Source of the DNA: Anaerolineales bacterium
GTDB lineage: Bacteria; Chloroflexota; Anaerolineae; Anaerolineales; UBA11579
Assembly (NCBI GenBank): GCA_040902205.1
Contig: JBBDXR010000034.1
Coordinates: 2,859 to 66,858, forward strand
Direction of reading: 5' to 3'
DNA length: 64,000 nucleotides
Shown: positions 45,432 through 52,312 of the stretch, one piece after another
How the letters are laid out: every line of letters starts with the position of its first letter
Position numbering within the stretch: the stretch's first letter is position 1
The notes under the pieces: generated by a model
Databases searched by the model: none
The model's input: only the letters and a program-made list of their open reading frames with translations
What the model was told of the DNA's origin: nothing
Translations under genes and position numbers: made by a program

Positions 45432-45497
45432 ATCGGCGTGGTGCTGCTATGGAACTACTTCGTCAATCGTAGGTGGACGTTCGGGGATGTGGAGTAG
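45432..45497 (+). pseudogene. relic 3' end of a diverged gtrA allele (21 codons plus stop)
   Basis: Encodes IGVVLLWNYFVNRRWTFGDVE*, against IGVVLLWNYFVNRRWTFGDVK* at the end of the functional gene 70 nt upstream. Confidence 0.8.
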
Positions 45498-45636
45498 TTC
45501 GAGTTAACTGACTAGCAACTGCTTTGTTGCGTCAGACGCTTTTGTGTCCATAACCAAGCCGCGCAGCAATAATAGCCCTCCCAAGTCCCTGTGGACCAAC
45601 CTCAATCCCAGTGTGGGTGAGCCCCTTCCTGCGACC

Positions 45637-45663
45637 TTGACAAGAATCCTCCAACGATATAAT
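45637..45663 (+). promoter_or_regulatory. candidate promoter TTGACA ... TATAAT upstream of the membrane-protein/wHTH pair
   Basis: TTGACA at 45637-45642 and TATAAT at 45658-45663 (15-nt spacer), or TAATAT with a 17-nt spacer. Confidence 0.5.
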
Positions 45664-45715
45664 ATGTAAATAGGTTTGCGATACAAAGTAGTCTGTACTG
45701 TCAAGTGGAGGATGT

Positions 45716-46333
45716 ATGCAAGGCCCAAAGGAAATCCGGTTTTTGACCCTAAGGTACTCTCGCAGCCAGGGATTAAAAGGGTTCCCCTTGGGGCTCCTAT
45801 TGCTAGCCGTCGTTCTCTGGGTAAATTTCACCTCAGGTGCTACCCGTAATCTGATTCTCCCAATCTCTTTCGGAGTAGGGGCGGCCATCCTGTATTGGCT
45901 GGTTGGTGACTATTATCGTAGGCGATATGGAAGGGTCGAGGTGACCGTCGAACAAAGGCGCGTGGACTTTTTGTATGCTGCCTTGGCTGGTATCACTGGT
46001 TTGGGTGCCTTTCTCATGGATGTCAGCTATGAACTCCCGGTCAACATGGTCGGCTTGGTGTTCGCGGCTGGCTGCATTTTCGAATACACGCGCCTTTACC
46101 GGCTGGGGAAGAGTTCCTATTTCGTGTGGCAAACGATCATAAGTTTTATTCTAATCTTGGCTGTCAGCCTCCTTCCGGTCCTTGGCGCCGGAGGTGTCTG
46201 GCTGCAGCTCGGCTTGCGCTCGCACCTCCTGTTGGTCTTGCTGGTCACCAGCGTTATCCTGCTGCTAGGGAGTTTGGGAGAGCATCTCAATTTCGTTCGC
46301 CAATTCCCGGCAGGGGAGATCGGACATGGCTAG
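45716..46333 (+). CDS. hypothetical polytopic membrane protein
   Basis: 205 aa with about 5-6 hydrophobic helices. GGAGGA lies upstream of the ATG. Confidence 0.65.
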   Translation: MQGPKEIRFLTLRYSRSQGLKGFPLGLLLLAVVLWVNFTSGATRNLILPISFGVGAAILYWLVGDYYRRRYGRVEVTVEQRRVDFLYAALAGITGLGAFLMDVSYELPVNMVGLVFAAGCIFEYTRLYRLGKSSYFVWQTIISFILILAVSLLPVLGAGGVWLQLGLRSHLLLVLLVTSVILLLGSLGEHLNFVRQFPAGEIGHG

Positions 46334-46652
46334 CGTCTTCGAAGAGATGGCCGGCCTGGACCGCTTGATCCACGAACCCGCCCGCTTGGCTATTCTCACG
46401 GCTTTGTCCGCCTGCAAAAAAGCCGACTTCACCTTCATGCAGCGCCTCACCGGGCTTACGGTGGGCAATCTCTCCGTCCATCTGTCCAAGCTGGAAGAGG
46501 CTGGCTTGCTGCGCACCGAAAAACAGTTCGTTGCCAAACGCTCAAATACCGTCGCCGAACTCACAAAAAAGGGGCGCGCTGCAATTGATAATCATTGGCG
46601 GCAACTCGAAACCTTACGTAAGGACTCTAGGAATTGGAAGGTCGGTCAATGA
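46326..46652 (+). CDS. winged-helix (ArsR/MarR-like) transcriptional regulator
   Basis: 108 aa with LIHEPARLAILTAL...LTVGNLSVHLSKLEEAGLL. Overlaps the upstream gene by 8 nt. Confidence 0.8.
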   Translation: MASVFEEMAGLDRLIHEPARLAILTALSACKKADFTFMQRLTGLTVGNLSVHLSKLEEAGLLRTEKQFVAKRSNTVAELTKKGRAAIDNHWRQLETLRKDSRNWKVGQ

Positions 46653-46779
46653 ATTGGCGTGCGCCTTCCGCTCCTTGACATCAGCCTGAATTCCCGCCAC
46701 AAATCCCCAAATCGTGCGATTAATAGGCCCATGAAAGGAAGGGGGGGCCCTGCTTGCCTGCTGCCTGCCGCTTGCCGGC

Positions 46780-46833
46780 CTTGTCAAGTTGTAATGGTGC
46801 CGTGTGGCGCTCGTTACATTACCACTTGACAAG
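46780..46833. promoter_or_regulatory. long inverted repeat carrying two CTTGWCAAG palindromes
   Basis: The arms CTTGTCAAGTTGTAATG and CATTACCACTTGACAAG pair at 16 of 17 positions, about 20 nt apart, upstream of the thioesterase gene. Confidence 0.4.
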
Positions 46834-46889
46834 CAGATGGCCTTGAATACGCGATCAAATCGGCCATGCTTTTTGCTTATAATCCTCCC

Positions 46890-47390
46890 ATGCCCGCCCC
46901 CAAGCTCGCCCCGCAGCCCGTTTCCGCCTCCCGGGTCACCATTTCCCAGCTCATGGAGCCGGCCCACGCCAACGTGCAAGGCAACGTCCACGGCGGCCAC
47001 ATCATGAAGCTGGTGGACGAAGCCGGCGCACTGGCCTGCATGAAGCACTCCCGCCAGCGCGTCGTCACCGTGGTCATCGACCGCATGACCTTCACCCATC
47101 CCATCAAGATCGGCGACCTGGTCACCATCACTGCCGAAGTCAGCTACGTCGGCTCCACCTCCATGGAGGCCGAAGTCTCTGTAAAGGCCGAGAACCCCAC
47201 CTCCGGCCAGGCCTGGGACACCAACACCGCCTACCTGGTCTACGTAGCCCTGGATGAGCTTGGCAAGCCCGTCCGCGTGCCGCCCCTGCTGGCCGAAAGC
47301 GATTTCGAGCGCCAGCGCATGGAGCAGGGCGCTGCCCGCCAGCAATACCGCCTCAGCCAGAAGCAATTGGCTTCGGCCACGAAACGATGA
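46890..47390 (+). CDS. acyl-CoA thioesterase (hotdog fold, YciA-like)
   Basis: NVQGNVHGGHIMKLVDEAG and ...TSMEAEVSV. Start taken at the second ATG (46890), though 46866 is also possible. Confidence 0.85.
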   Translation: MPAPKLAPQPVSASRVTISQLMEPAHANVQGNVHGGHIMKLVDEAGALACMKHSRQRVVTVVIDRMTFTHPIKIGDLVTITAEVSYVGSTSMEAEVSVKAENPTSGQAWDTNTAYLVYVALDELGKPVRVPPLLAESDFERQRMEQGAARQQYRLSQKQLASATKR

Positions 47391-47397
47391 TCTTCCA

Positions 47398-47851
47398 CCG
47401 TCATTGCGAGGAAGGCCGAATGTAAATGAGGCCGACGAAGCAATCCGTGCGCTGCTTAAAGGGCTAAGATGCGGAGAGACCAAGACGCCTGTGTGTACAT
47501 CCTTACGAACTGGAAACATACCGCTTTCTATACTGGTGTAACCAATGACCTGCAGCGACGAATAGAACAGCACAAAACCAAGGGAGGAGGTCAATTCACA
47601 AGAAAGTACAACCTTACTAAACTTGTATTTGTGGAAGTTACAGAGCGAATCGAAGATGCCATTGCTGGGGAAAAACAGATAAAGGGAGGTTCGCGTCAAG
47701 ACAAAATCGACCTAATAAATAAAATGAACCCCGAATGGAATGATCTCTACGATGAGTACTTCGCAATCAGTGAATGACTTGTCTGCTCGAATAGAATGGA
47801 CTAGATTGCTTCGTCGGCGTTGCCTTGGCAACGCACTCCTCGCAATGACGG
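47398..47851. mobile_element. compact GIY-YIG unit (E2) bounded by nested perfect inverted repeats
   Basis: Outer inverted repeat: CCGTCATTGCGAGGA (47398-47412) and TCCTCGCAATGACGG (47837-47851). Inner inverted repeat: GCCGACGAAGCAATC (47431-47445) and GATTGCTTCGTCGGC (47804-47818). Hairpin: GCGTTGCC-TT-GGCAACGC (47817-47834). Confidence 0.65.
47469..47777 (+). CDS. GIY-YIG nuclease family protein (small, stand-alone)
   Basis: 102 aa with VYILTN...FYTGVTNDLQRRIEQH...AIAGEKQIKG, the GIY-YIG core. Lower GC than the flanking genes. Confidence 0.85.
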   Translation: MRRDQDACVYILTNWKHTAFYTGVTNDLQRRIEQHKTKGGGQFTRKYNLTKLVFVEVTERIEDAIAGEKQIKGGSRQDKIDLINKMNPEWNDLYDEYFAISE

Positions 47852-47858
47852 TGCGGCC

Positions 47859-48422
47859 TTGAAGCCCCTTCGCGTCGTCGCCGGCTTCGCTCGCGGCCTG
47901 CATCTGCGCTCCGTCCCCGGCGATAAAACCCGCCCCATCACCGACCGCGCCAAAGAATCATTGTTCAACATCTTGCGCCCGTTTTTACAGGGCGCCGCTT
48001 TCCTGGATCTCTTCGCCGGCACTGGCGCCGTCGGCATCGAAGCCCTAAGCCAGGGGGCTGCCTTCGTTCGCTTCATCGATAACCAGCGCGTCGCCGTGGA
48101 GACCATCAGCGCCAACCTGGCGGTCACCAAGTTAGGGGAGGGAGCTCACGTTCTGCAAACCGACGCCTTTGCGCACCTGGCGGGCAAACCCGACCGCACC
48201 TTCGATTACGTCTTCATCGCTCCACCGCAATACCACGGCCTTTGGAAGCAGGCGCTCCTGGCGCTGGATGCAAATCCGGGCTGGCTGGTAGCGGACGCCT
48301 GGGTCATCGTCCAGCTCGACCCCAGCGAATACGAACAACTCGTCCTCGCCAACCTCGACGAATTCGACCAGCGGAAATATGGCAAGGTGTTGCTTGTCTT
48401 CTTTGAAAGGAGAGCTTCTTAA
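47859..48422 (+). CDS. rsmD: 16S rRNA (guanine966-N2)-methyltransferase RsmD
   Basis: LRVVAGFARGLHL...RPITDRAKESLFNIL...FLDLFAGTGAVGIEALSQGA. There is no ATG, so I propose TTG at 47859. The ORF upstream of that is translated repeat sequence. Confidence 0.85.
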   Translation: MKPLRVVAGFARGLHLRSVPGDKTRPITDRAKESLFNILRPFLQGAAFLDLFAGTGAVGIEALSQGAAFVRFIDNQRVAVETISANLAVTKLGEGAHVLQTDAFAHLAGKPDRTFDYVFIAPPQYHGLWKQALLALDANPGWLVADAWVIVQLDPSEYEQLVLANLDEFDQRKYGKVLLVFFERRAS

Positions 48423-48425
48423 TTT

Positions 48426-48510
48426 GTCATTCCGAGCAGGCGCCGTCCTGAGCGAAGGCGAAGGAGCGCCTAGCGCTGCCTTTAGCGGCGCTGCCCGACG
48501 AGGAATTCAC
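48426..48510. repeat. solo repeat R2 (GTCATTCCGAGC... family) with internal hairpins
   Basis: GTCATTCCGAGCAGG, the core GTCCTGAGCGAAGGCGAAGGA, the hairpin AGCGCTGC-CTTTA-GCGGCGCT, then CGACGAGGAATTCAC. Starts 4 nt after the rsmD stop. Confidence 0.7.
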
Positions 48511-48558
48511 ACAGCTTAACTAATAAATGGCGTTCACTGTAAAAGGGGGTTTCGATGA

Positions 48559-49059
48559 TTAGCTATCAAATTCCATTACCAATTTGCCCGCCTCATCGTA
48601 CGAATACTTTCCCCACAAGGGCGCATCCCCTCGTTTCATCGTCAGCACCTTGGGTAGCAGGGAGGGGATATCTTCCACCATCGGCAATTCTGCCATCCTG
48701 CTCACCGGCACCCAGGCGATCTCTCCTTCAGATGAAGAGGTTGGCTCGCCAACTGCTTCACCACGGAAGACCCACATCGCAATTCCCGTTTCCGCGTCCC
48801 CCGTATCAATCGCCACCGTTGCGCATAGCCACAATCCCTCGGCAGTCAGGCCGCTTTCCTCTTCGACTTCGCGCCGCGCCGCGCCCAACACGCTCTCGCC
48901 GCGCTCCACGTGGCCGCCCATCCCGTTGTACAGGTTCGGGAACACTTTTCGATCAGCGCCGCGCTTGATCAGCAACACTTCATCCCCGCGGGTCAGGAAC
49001 ACCAACACGCGGGGAATGAACTGGTAGCGCGCCTTATCAGGAGCTTGAGGGGATGACAT
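48559..49059 (-). CDS. NUDIX hydrolase
   Basis: NUDIX box GGHVERGESVLGAARREVEEESGL. Start taken at ATG 49059; the ORF extends to a TTG at 49095. Confidence 0.85.
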   Translation of the reverse strand: MSSPQAPDKARYQFIPRVLVFLTRGDEVLLIKRGADRKVFPNLYNGMGGHVERGESVLGAARREVEEESGLTAEGLWLCATVAIDTGDAETGIAMWVFRGEAVGEPTSSSEGEIAWVPVSRMAELPMVEDIPSLLPKVLTMKRGDAPLWGKYSYDEAGKLVMEFDS

Positions 49060-49064
49060 GCCTG

Positions 49065-49120
49065 TGACCAATCGACCGATCGGCAAATTGGCCAATCGAC
49101 TGATTGACCAATCGACTGAT
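49065..49120. repeat. three direct copies of a 16-mer TG[AG]CCAATCGAC[CT]GAT
   Basis: Copies at 49065-49080, 49089-49104 and 49105-49120. The last two are in tandem and fill the aldolase-NUDIX spacer. Confidence 0.8.
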
Positions 49121-49123
49121 CAG

Positions 49124-50545
49124 CTAATCCGAAAGGTCCTTAACTTCTTCCTGTTCCACTTCCTCGCCGAAATAGAACTCTCGGTTAGGAATAACTTTGA
49201 CGGGGGTGACGAATTGGTCGATGTGTTTCTTGGTATCGCCGATGGCCAGCAGCTCGAACAGCGTGGCGAATTGCTTTTCCCACGCTTCGATTACCACTTG
49301 CCTATCTGCGCCGGTCAGGCTCCACAGGTCGGGCTTGAAAGGCCCCAGGGCTCGCTTGCGCCCTTCGTAGTGGAACTGCTCATTGGTTTGTCCTGTCTTG
49401 CGGTCAGCGCCGTATTTCGTATTGACATAGAGGTAAACGGCGCTCATGAACTGCTTGGGCAAGCGATCGTACATCATGTTCTGGAAGTTGGTGGCCAAAT
49501 GCACTTCGCAGGCCTCAGATTCTACGAACTTGCCGAAAGCTTCCTGGGGCAAGGTGGAAGCGCCGTGTTGCACGGCTCCGGCAAAGCCATATTCCTCGCG
49601 CGCCACGCGGCTCAACTTCAGCAGCGTGTCGAAATCCACCTTGACCTTGGCCACGGTGCCGTCCGGCAGCACCACGCCGCCGTGCGAGGTGCCGGTCTGG
49701 ATGCTGATCTTGCTCAATCCCACCGCCCCCGGCGCCTTGGCGGCCAGGGCTTGGCGGTATCCCTCCACGTAGGCGCGCAGTTCGGCCTCGTTGGAGTTGC
49801 GTCCTCCCACCTCGCCGATCTCGCCGCCCACCGACACTGTAACGCTCTCTGGCTGCCGCTCGCGGATGAAGCTGGTGAACCGGGCCGAAAGCTCCGAGTT
49901 GAGTTTCTGCTGGGCGCTTTCGCCAACCTGGCTGATGTCAACCAGGGTGGAGGTGTCGATGTCGATATTGAAAAAGCCGGCCTGCATCGCCTCGGCCGTG
50001 ATTTCTTCTACCGCCGCGATCTCCTTGCCCGCGTCCTCTTTGTAGCGTTTTGGCGAGATCTGAAAGTGGTCGCCCTGGATGAAGACCGGCCCCCGGTAGC
50101 CTTCCGCCAGCGCAGCCGCCAGGATGTTGGTGACGTATTCAGCAGGCCGCTGCTCGGTATAGCCGATCTCCGAGCGGGCGATCTCGAAAATGAAAGCCCC
50201 GGCGCCGATGCGCTTGGCTATTCGGAAAACGCAGCGCGCTGCATCGAACGACAGGGCTCGCAGGTTCATCGCCGGCACGGTAAAGGTTGGGGGCACCTCG
50301 CCGCGGCCGCGGGCCATGTACAGGTCGTGGATGCTGGAGGGGATGGCGCCGAGTTCCAGGGAGATCAGGCGGGTCAGGTAGCGCGCCCAGGCTTGCTCTG
50401 CGCCGCTGCCCAGCGCCGAGAGCCGCGCCAACTCGCCTATTTTTGCGCGCAAGGCGCCTTCATCCAAGATCTGGATGCCGCTATCGCTATATTGGACGCT
50501 GTTGTTCAACTTGGAAAGGACGGAGCTAAGTGCTGGGTTGGTCAT
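49124..50545 (-). CDS. class II fructose/ketose-bisphosphate aldolase family protein (long form)
   Basis: 473 aa with FIQGDHFQ, GGEIGEVGG, QTGTSHGG and VQHGASTLP, resembling class II aldolase metal and phosphate sites. Confidence 0.8.
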   Translation of the reverse strand: MTNPALSSVLSKLNNSVQYSDSGIQILDEGALRAKIGELARLSALGSGAEQAWARYLTRLISLELGAIPSSIHDLYMARGRGEVPPTFTVPAMNLRALSFDAARCVFRIAKRIGAGAFIFEIARSEIGYTEQRPAEYVTNILAAALAEGYRGPVFIQGDHFQISPKRYKEDAGKEIAAVEEITAEAMQAGFFNIDIDTSTLVDISQVGESAQQKLNSELSARFTSFIRERQPESVTVSVGGEIGEVGGRNSNEAELRAYVEGYRQALAAKAPGAVGLSKISIQTGTSHGGVVLPDGTVAKVKVDFDTLLKLSRVAREEYGFAGAVQHGASTLPQEAFGKFVESEACEVHLATNFQNMMYDRLPKQFMSAVYLYVNTKYGADRKTGQTNEQFHYEGRKRALGPFKPDLWSLTGADRQVVIEAWEKQFATLFELLAIGDTKKHIDQFVTPVKVIPNREFYFGEEVEQEEVKDLSD

Positions 50546-50697
50546 TCAGGTTCCCTCGGATTTCTACAGATAATAATTACGCAGGGATTTTACCATCGGG
50601 CCATGCCTGCGGATTATTACAAATCGCTTATGCTTTATAAAGTATAATGGCCGCGAGTGTGCGCAAAGGGCGCGCCGCCTTGTAGTGAGGAGCAGAA

Positions 50698-51216
50698 ATG
50701 TCTGATCTTTACGAACAGGTCCAGAACGACCAGGATATTTTCCGTAAGATCGCTGGCAAGATCCCCGGCTTCAGTGGCTACGTCGCTAGGGAAAACCGCC
50801 GCGCCGCCGATAAGCTGCTACGCGAATCCATCGCCGACAAATATGAACTGATTTGGAAGCGGGTGGGCAACCTCCAAAAGGAACTCGCCGATGCCCAGGA
50901 GCTGGAATACCTGGATAACCTGGAAGGCGCAGCCACCAAGCTCCGCACCTTCATCGATAAAGTGCGCACCGCCTCCTACGGCAACGCCGGCTTCTTTGAT
51001 GCTAAGAAGATCAAGTCGCCTGAACTGAAGCGCCTGTACGAGTTTGACCTGGCCTTGGTCGAACGCGCCGACAGCATTTCAGCAGGCGTGGACGCCGTGC
51101 AGGCCGCAGTAGGCACCGAAGACATGGCCGCCCCCGTCACCAACCTTGTAAATCTGACTCGTGACCTGGTCTCGACTTTTGACCAGCGCAGCGAAGTCAT
51201 TACCGCAGAGCCCTAA
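50698..51216 (+). CDS. hypothetical helical protein (partner of the SPFH gene)
   Basis: 172 aa with GAGGAG upstream. Stops 26 nt before the next gene. Confidence 0.65.
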   Translation: MSDLYEQVQNDQDIFRKIAGKIPGFSGYVARENRRAADKLLRESIADKYELIWKRVGNLQKELADAQELEYLDNLEGAATKLRTFIDKVRTASYGNAGFFDAKKIKSPELKRLYEFDLALVERADSISAGVDAVQAAVGTEDMAAPVTNLVNLTRDLVSTFDQRSEVITAEP

Positions 51217-51242
51217 ATAGAGATAACCACTAGGAGAGAGTC

Positions 51243-52268
51243 ATGGCCCGCATATTTGATGTAATCGAATATCCGAATGAAATGAAAGAGGAGATCGTCC
51301 ACCGCTTTCCTGAAAGCGGCTCGGGCGACTTCCGCCTCGGCTCCCAGGTGATCGTGCGCGAGTCGCAGAGCGCGGTGTTCTTCCGCGATGGAAAAGCGCT
51401 GGATGTGTTCAAGGCCGGCCGCCACACCATTGCCACAGGCAATATCCCCTTGCTGGTCAATATCCTGGGCGTGGCCTTCAATGGACGCAGCCCCTTCACC
51501 GCCGAGGTCTATTTCGTCTCCCGGCGTGAATTCCTGGATCGCAAGTGGGGTACACCGCAGCCCATCGTCATGCAAACCCCCGGCATCGGCCTGGGCTGGC
51601 TGCTGCTGCAAGGCTTCGGTACCTACGCCTACCAGGTTGAGGATCCGCAGCAATTCGTCACACAGGTAGTGGGTACCCAGGGGACCTACGACACTGTGGA
51701 CATCGAAAACGACTTACGCTCTCGCCTGCTGCGCAGCTTCTCAGATCTGCTGGGCAGCATGAAGGGCAAATACACCACGGTGCAAGACATCATCGGCAAT
51801 CAGGATGAAATCAGCGCCGCAGTGCGCGCCAAGGCGGCGGACGACTTTGAAGCCCGCGGCCTGGCGCTCAAGAGCTTTGTGATCGCCAACCTCACGCCTT
51901 CTCGGACTACGGCCGAAGGCCTGCGTGAAATGGGCTTGTTGGATACGGCCACCTACACGCAACTGCAAGCCGCGGATGCCATGCGCACCGCGGCCGCCAA
52001 TCCCAGCGGCGGGGCAGGCCTCACCGCCGGCATTGGCGCTGGCTTGGGCATCGGCAACGTAATGGGCGAGGCGCTCAAGGGTGCCATGTCCAGCAAGGCC
52101 GCCGCCGAGATGCCGGATGTGATGACCACCACCGAAGTAGCCAACTGGCTGAAAGTCTCCGAGAAAGATATCCTCGCCGCCATCAAGGCCAAGGACTTGA
52201 AGGCCAAGAAGGTCGGCAAGGAATATCGCATCACCAAGAAGAACCTGGAGAAATACCTGGGTAGCTAG
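51243..52268 (+). CDS. SPFH/band-7 (virion-core-protein-like) domain protein with C-terminal excisionase-type HTH
   Basis: 341 aa. The N-terminus IFDVIEYPNEMKEEIVHRFPE...SQSAVFFRDGKALDVF is the YdjI-like SPFH type. The C-terminus is TTTEVANWLKVSEKDILAAIKAKDLKAKKVGKEYRITKKNLEKYL. Confidence 0.8.
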   Translation: MARIFDVIEYPNEMKEEIVHRFPESGSGDFRLGSQVIVRESQSAVFFRDGKALDVFKAGRHTIATGNIPLLVNILGVAFNGRSPFTAEVYFVSRREFLDRKWGTPQPIVMQTPGIGLGWLLLQGFGTYAYQVEDPQQFVTQVVGTQGTYDTVDIENDLRSRLLRSFSDLLGSMKGKYTTVQDIIGNQDEISAAVRAKAADDFEARGLALKSFVIANLTPSRTTAEGLREMGLLDTATYTQLQAADAMRTAAANPSGGAGLTAGIGAGLGIGNVMGEALKGAMSSKAAAEMPDVMTTTEVANWLKVSEKDILAAIKAKDLKAKKVGKEYRITKKNLEKYLGS

Positions 52269-52290
52269 AGGCCTGACATAGAAAAAGAAA

Positions 52291-52312
52291 AACCGCGGCG
52301 AAAGCCGCGGTT
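52291..52312. terminator. terminator hairpin between convergent genes
   Basis: AACCGCGGC-GAAA-GCCGCGGTT flanked by an A-run and CTATTTT. Confidence 0.7.

Noticed and set aside
46614-47699. 361-aa minus-strand ORF covering the thioesterase gene and the left half of the GIY-YIG unit
   Set aside because: It runs antisense through a well-supported hotdog thioesterase and across repeat sequence (giving ...GLPRNDGGRS...). It has no coding signal of its own.
43205-48510. Possibility that the short repeats form a CRISPR array
   Set aside because: The repeats are not regularly spaced and differ in length and module order. They are separated by full-length genes, and no cas genes are present.
49058-50647. 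529-aa plus-strand ORF opposite the aldolase gene
   Set aside because: It is an antisense shadow with no recognisable motifs. The minus-strand product has clear class II aldolase signatures.
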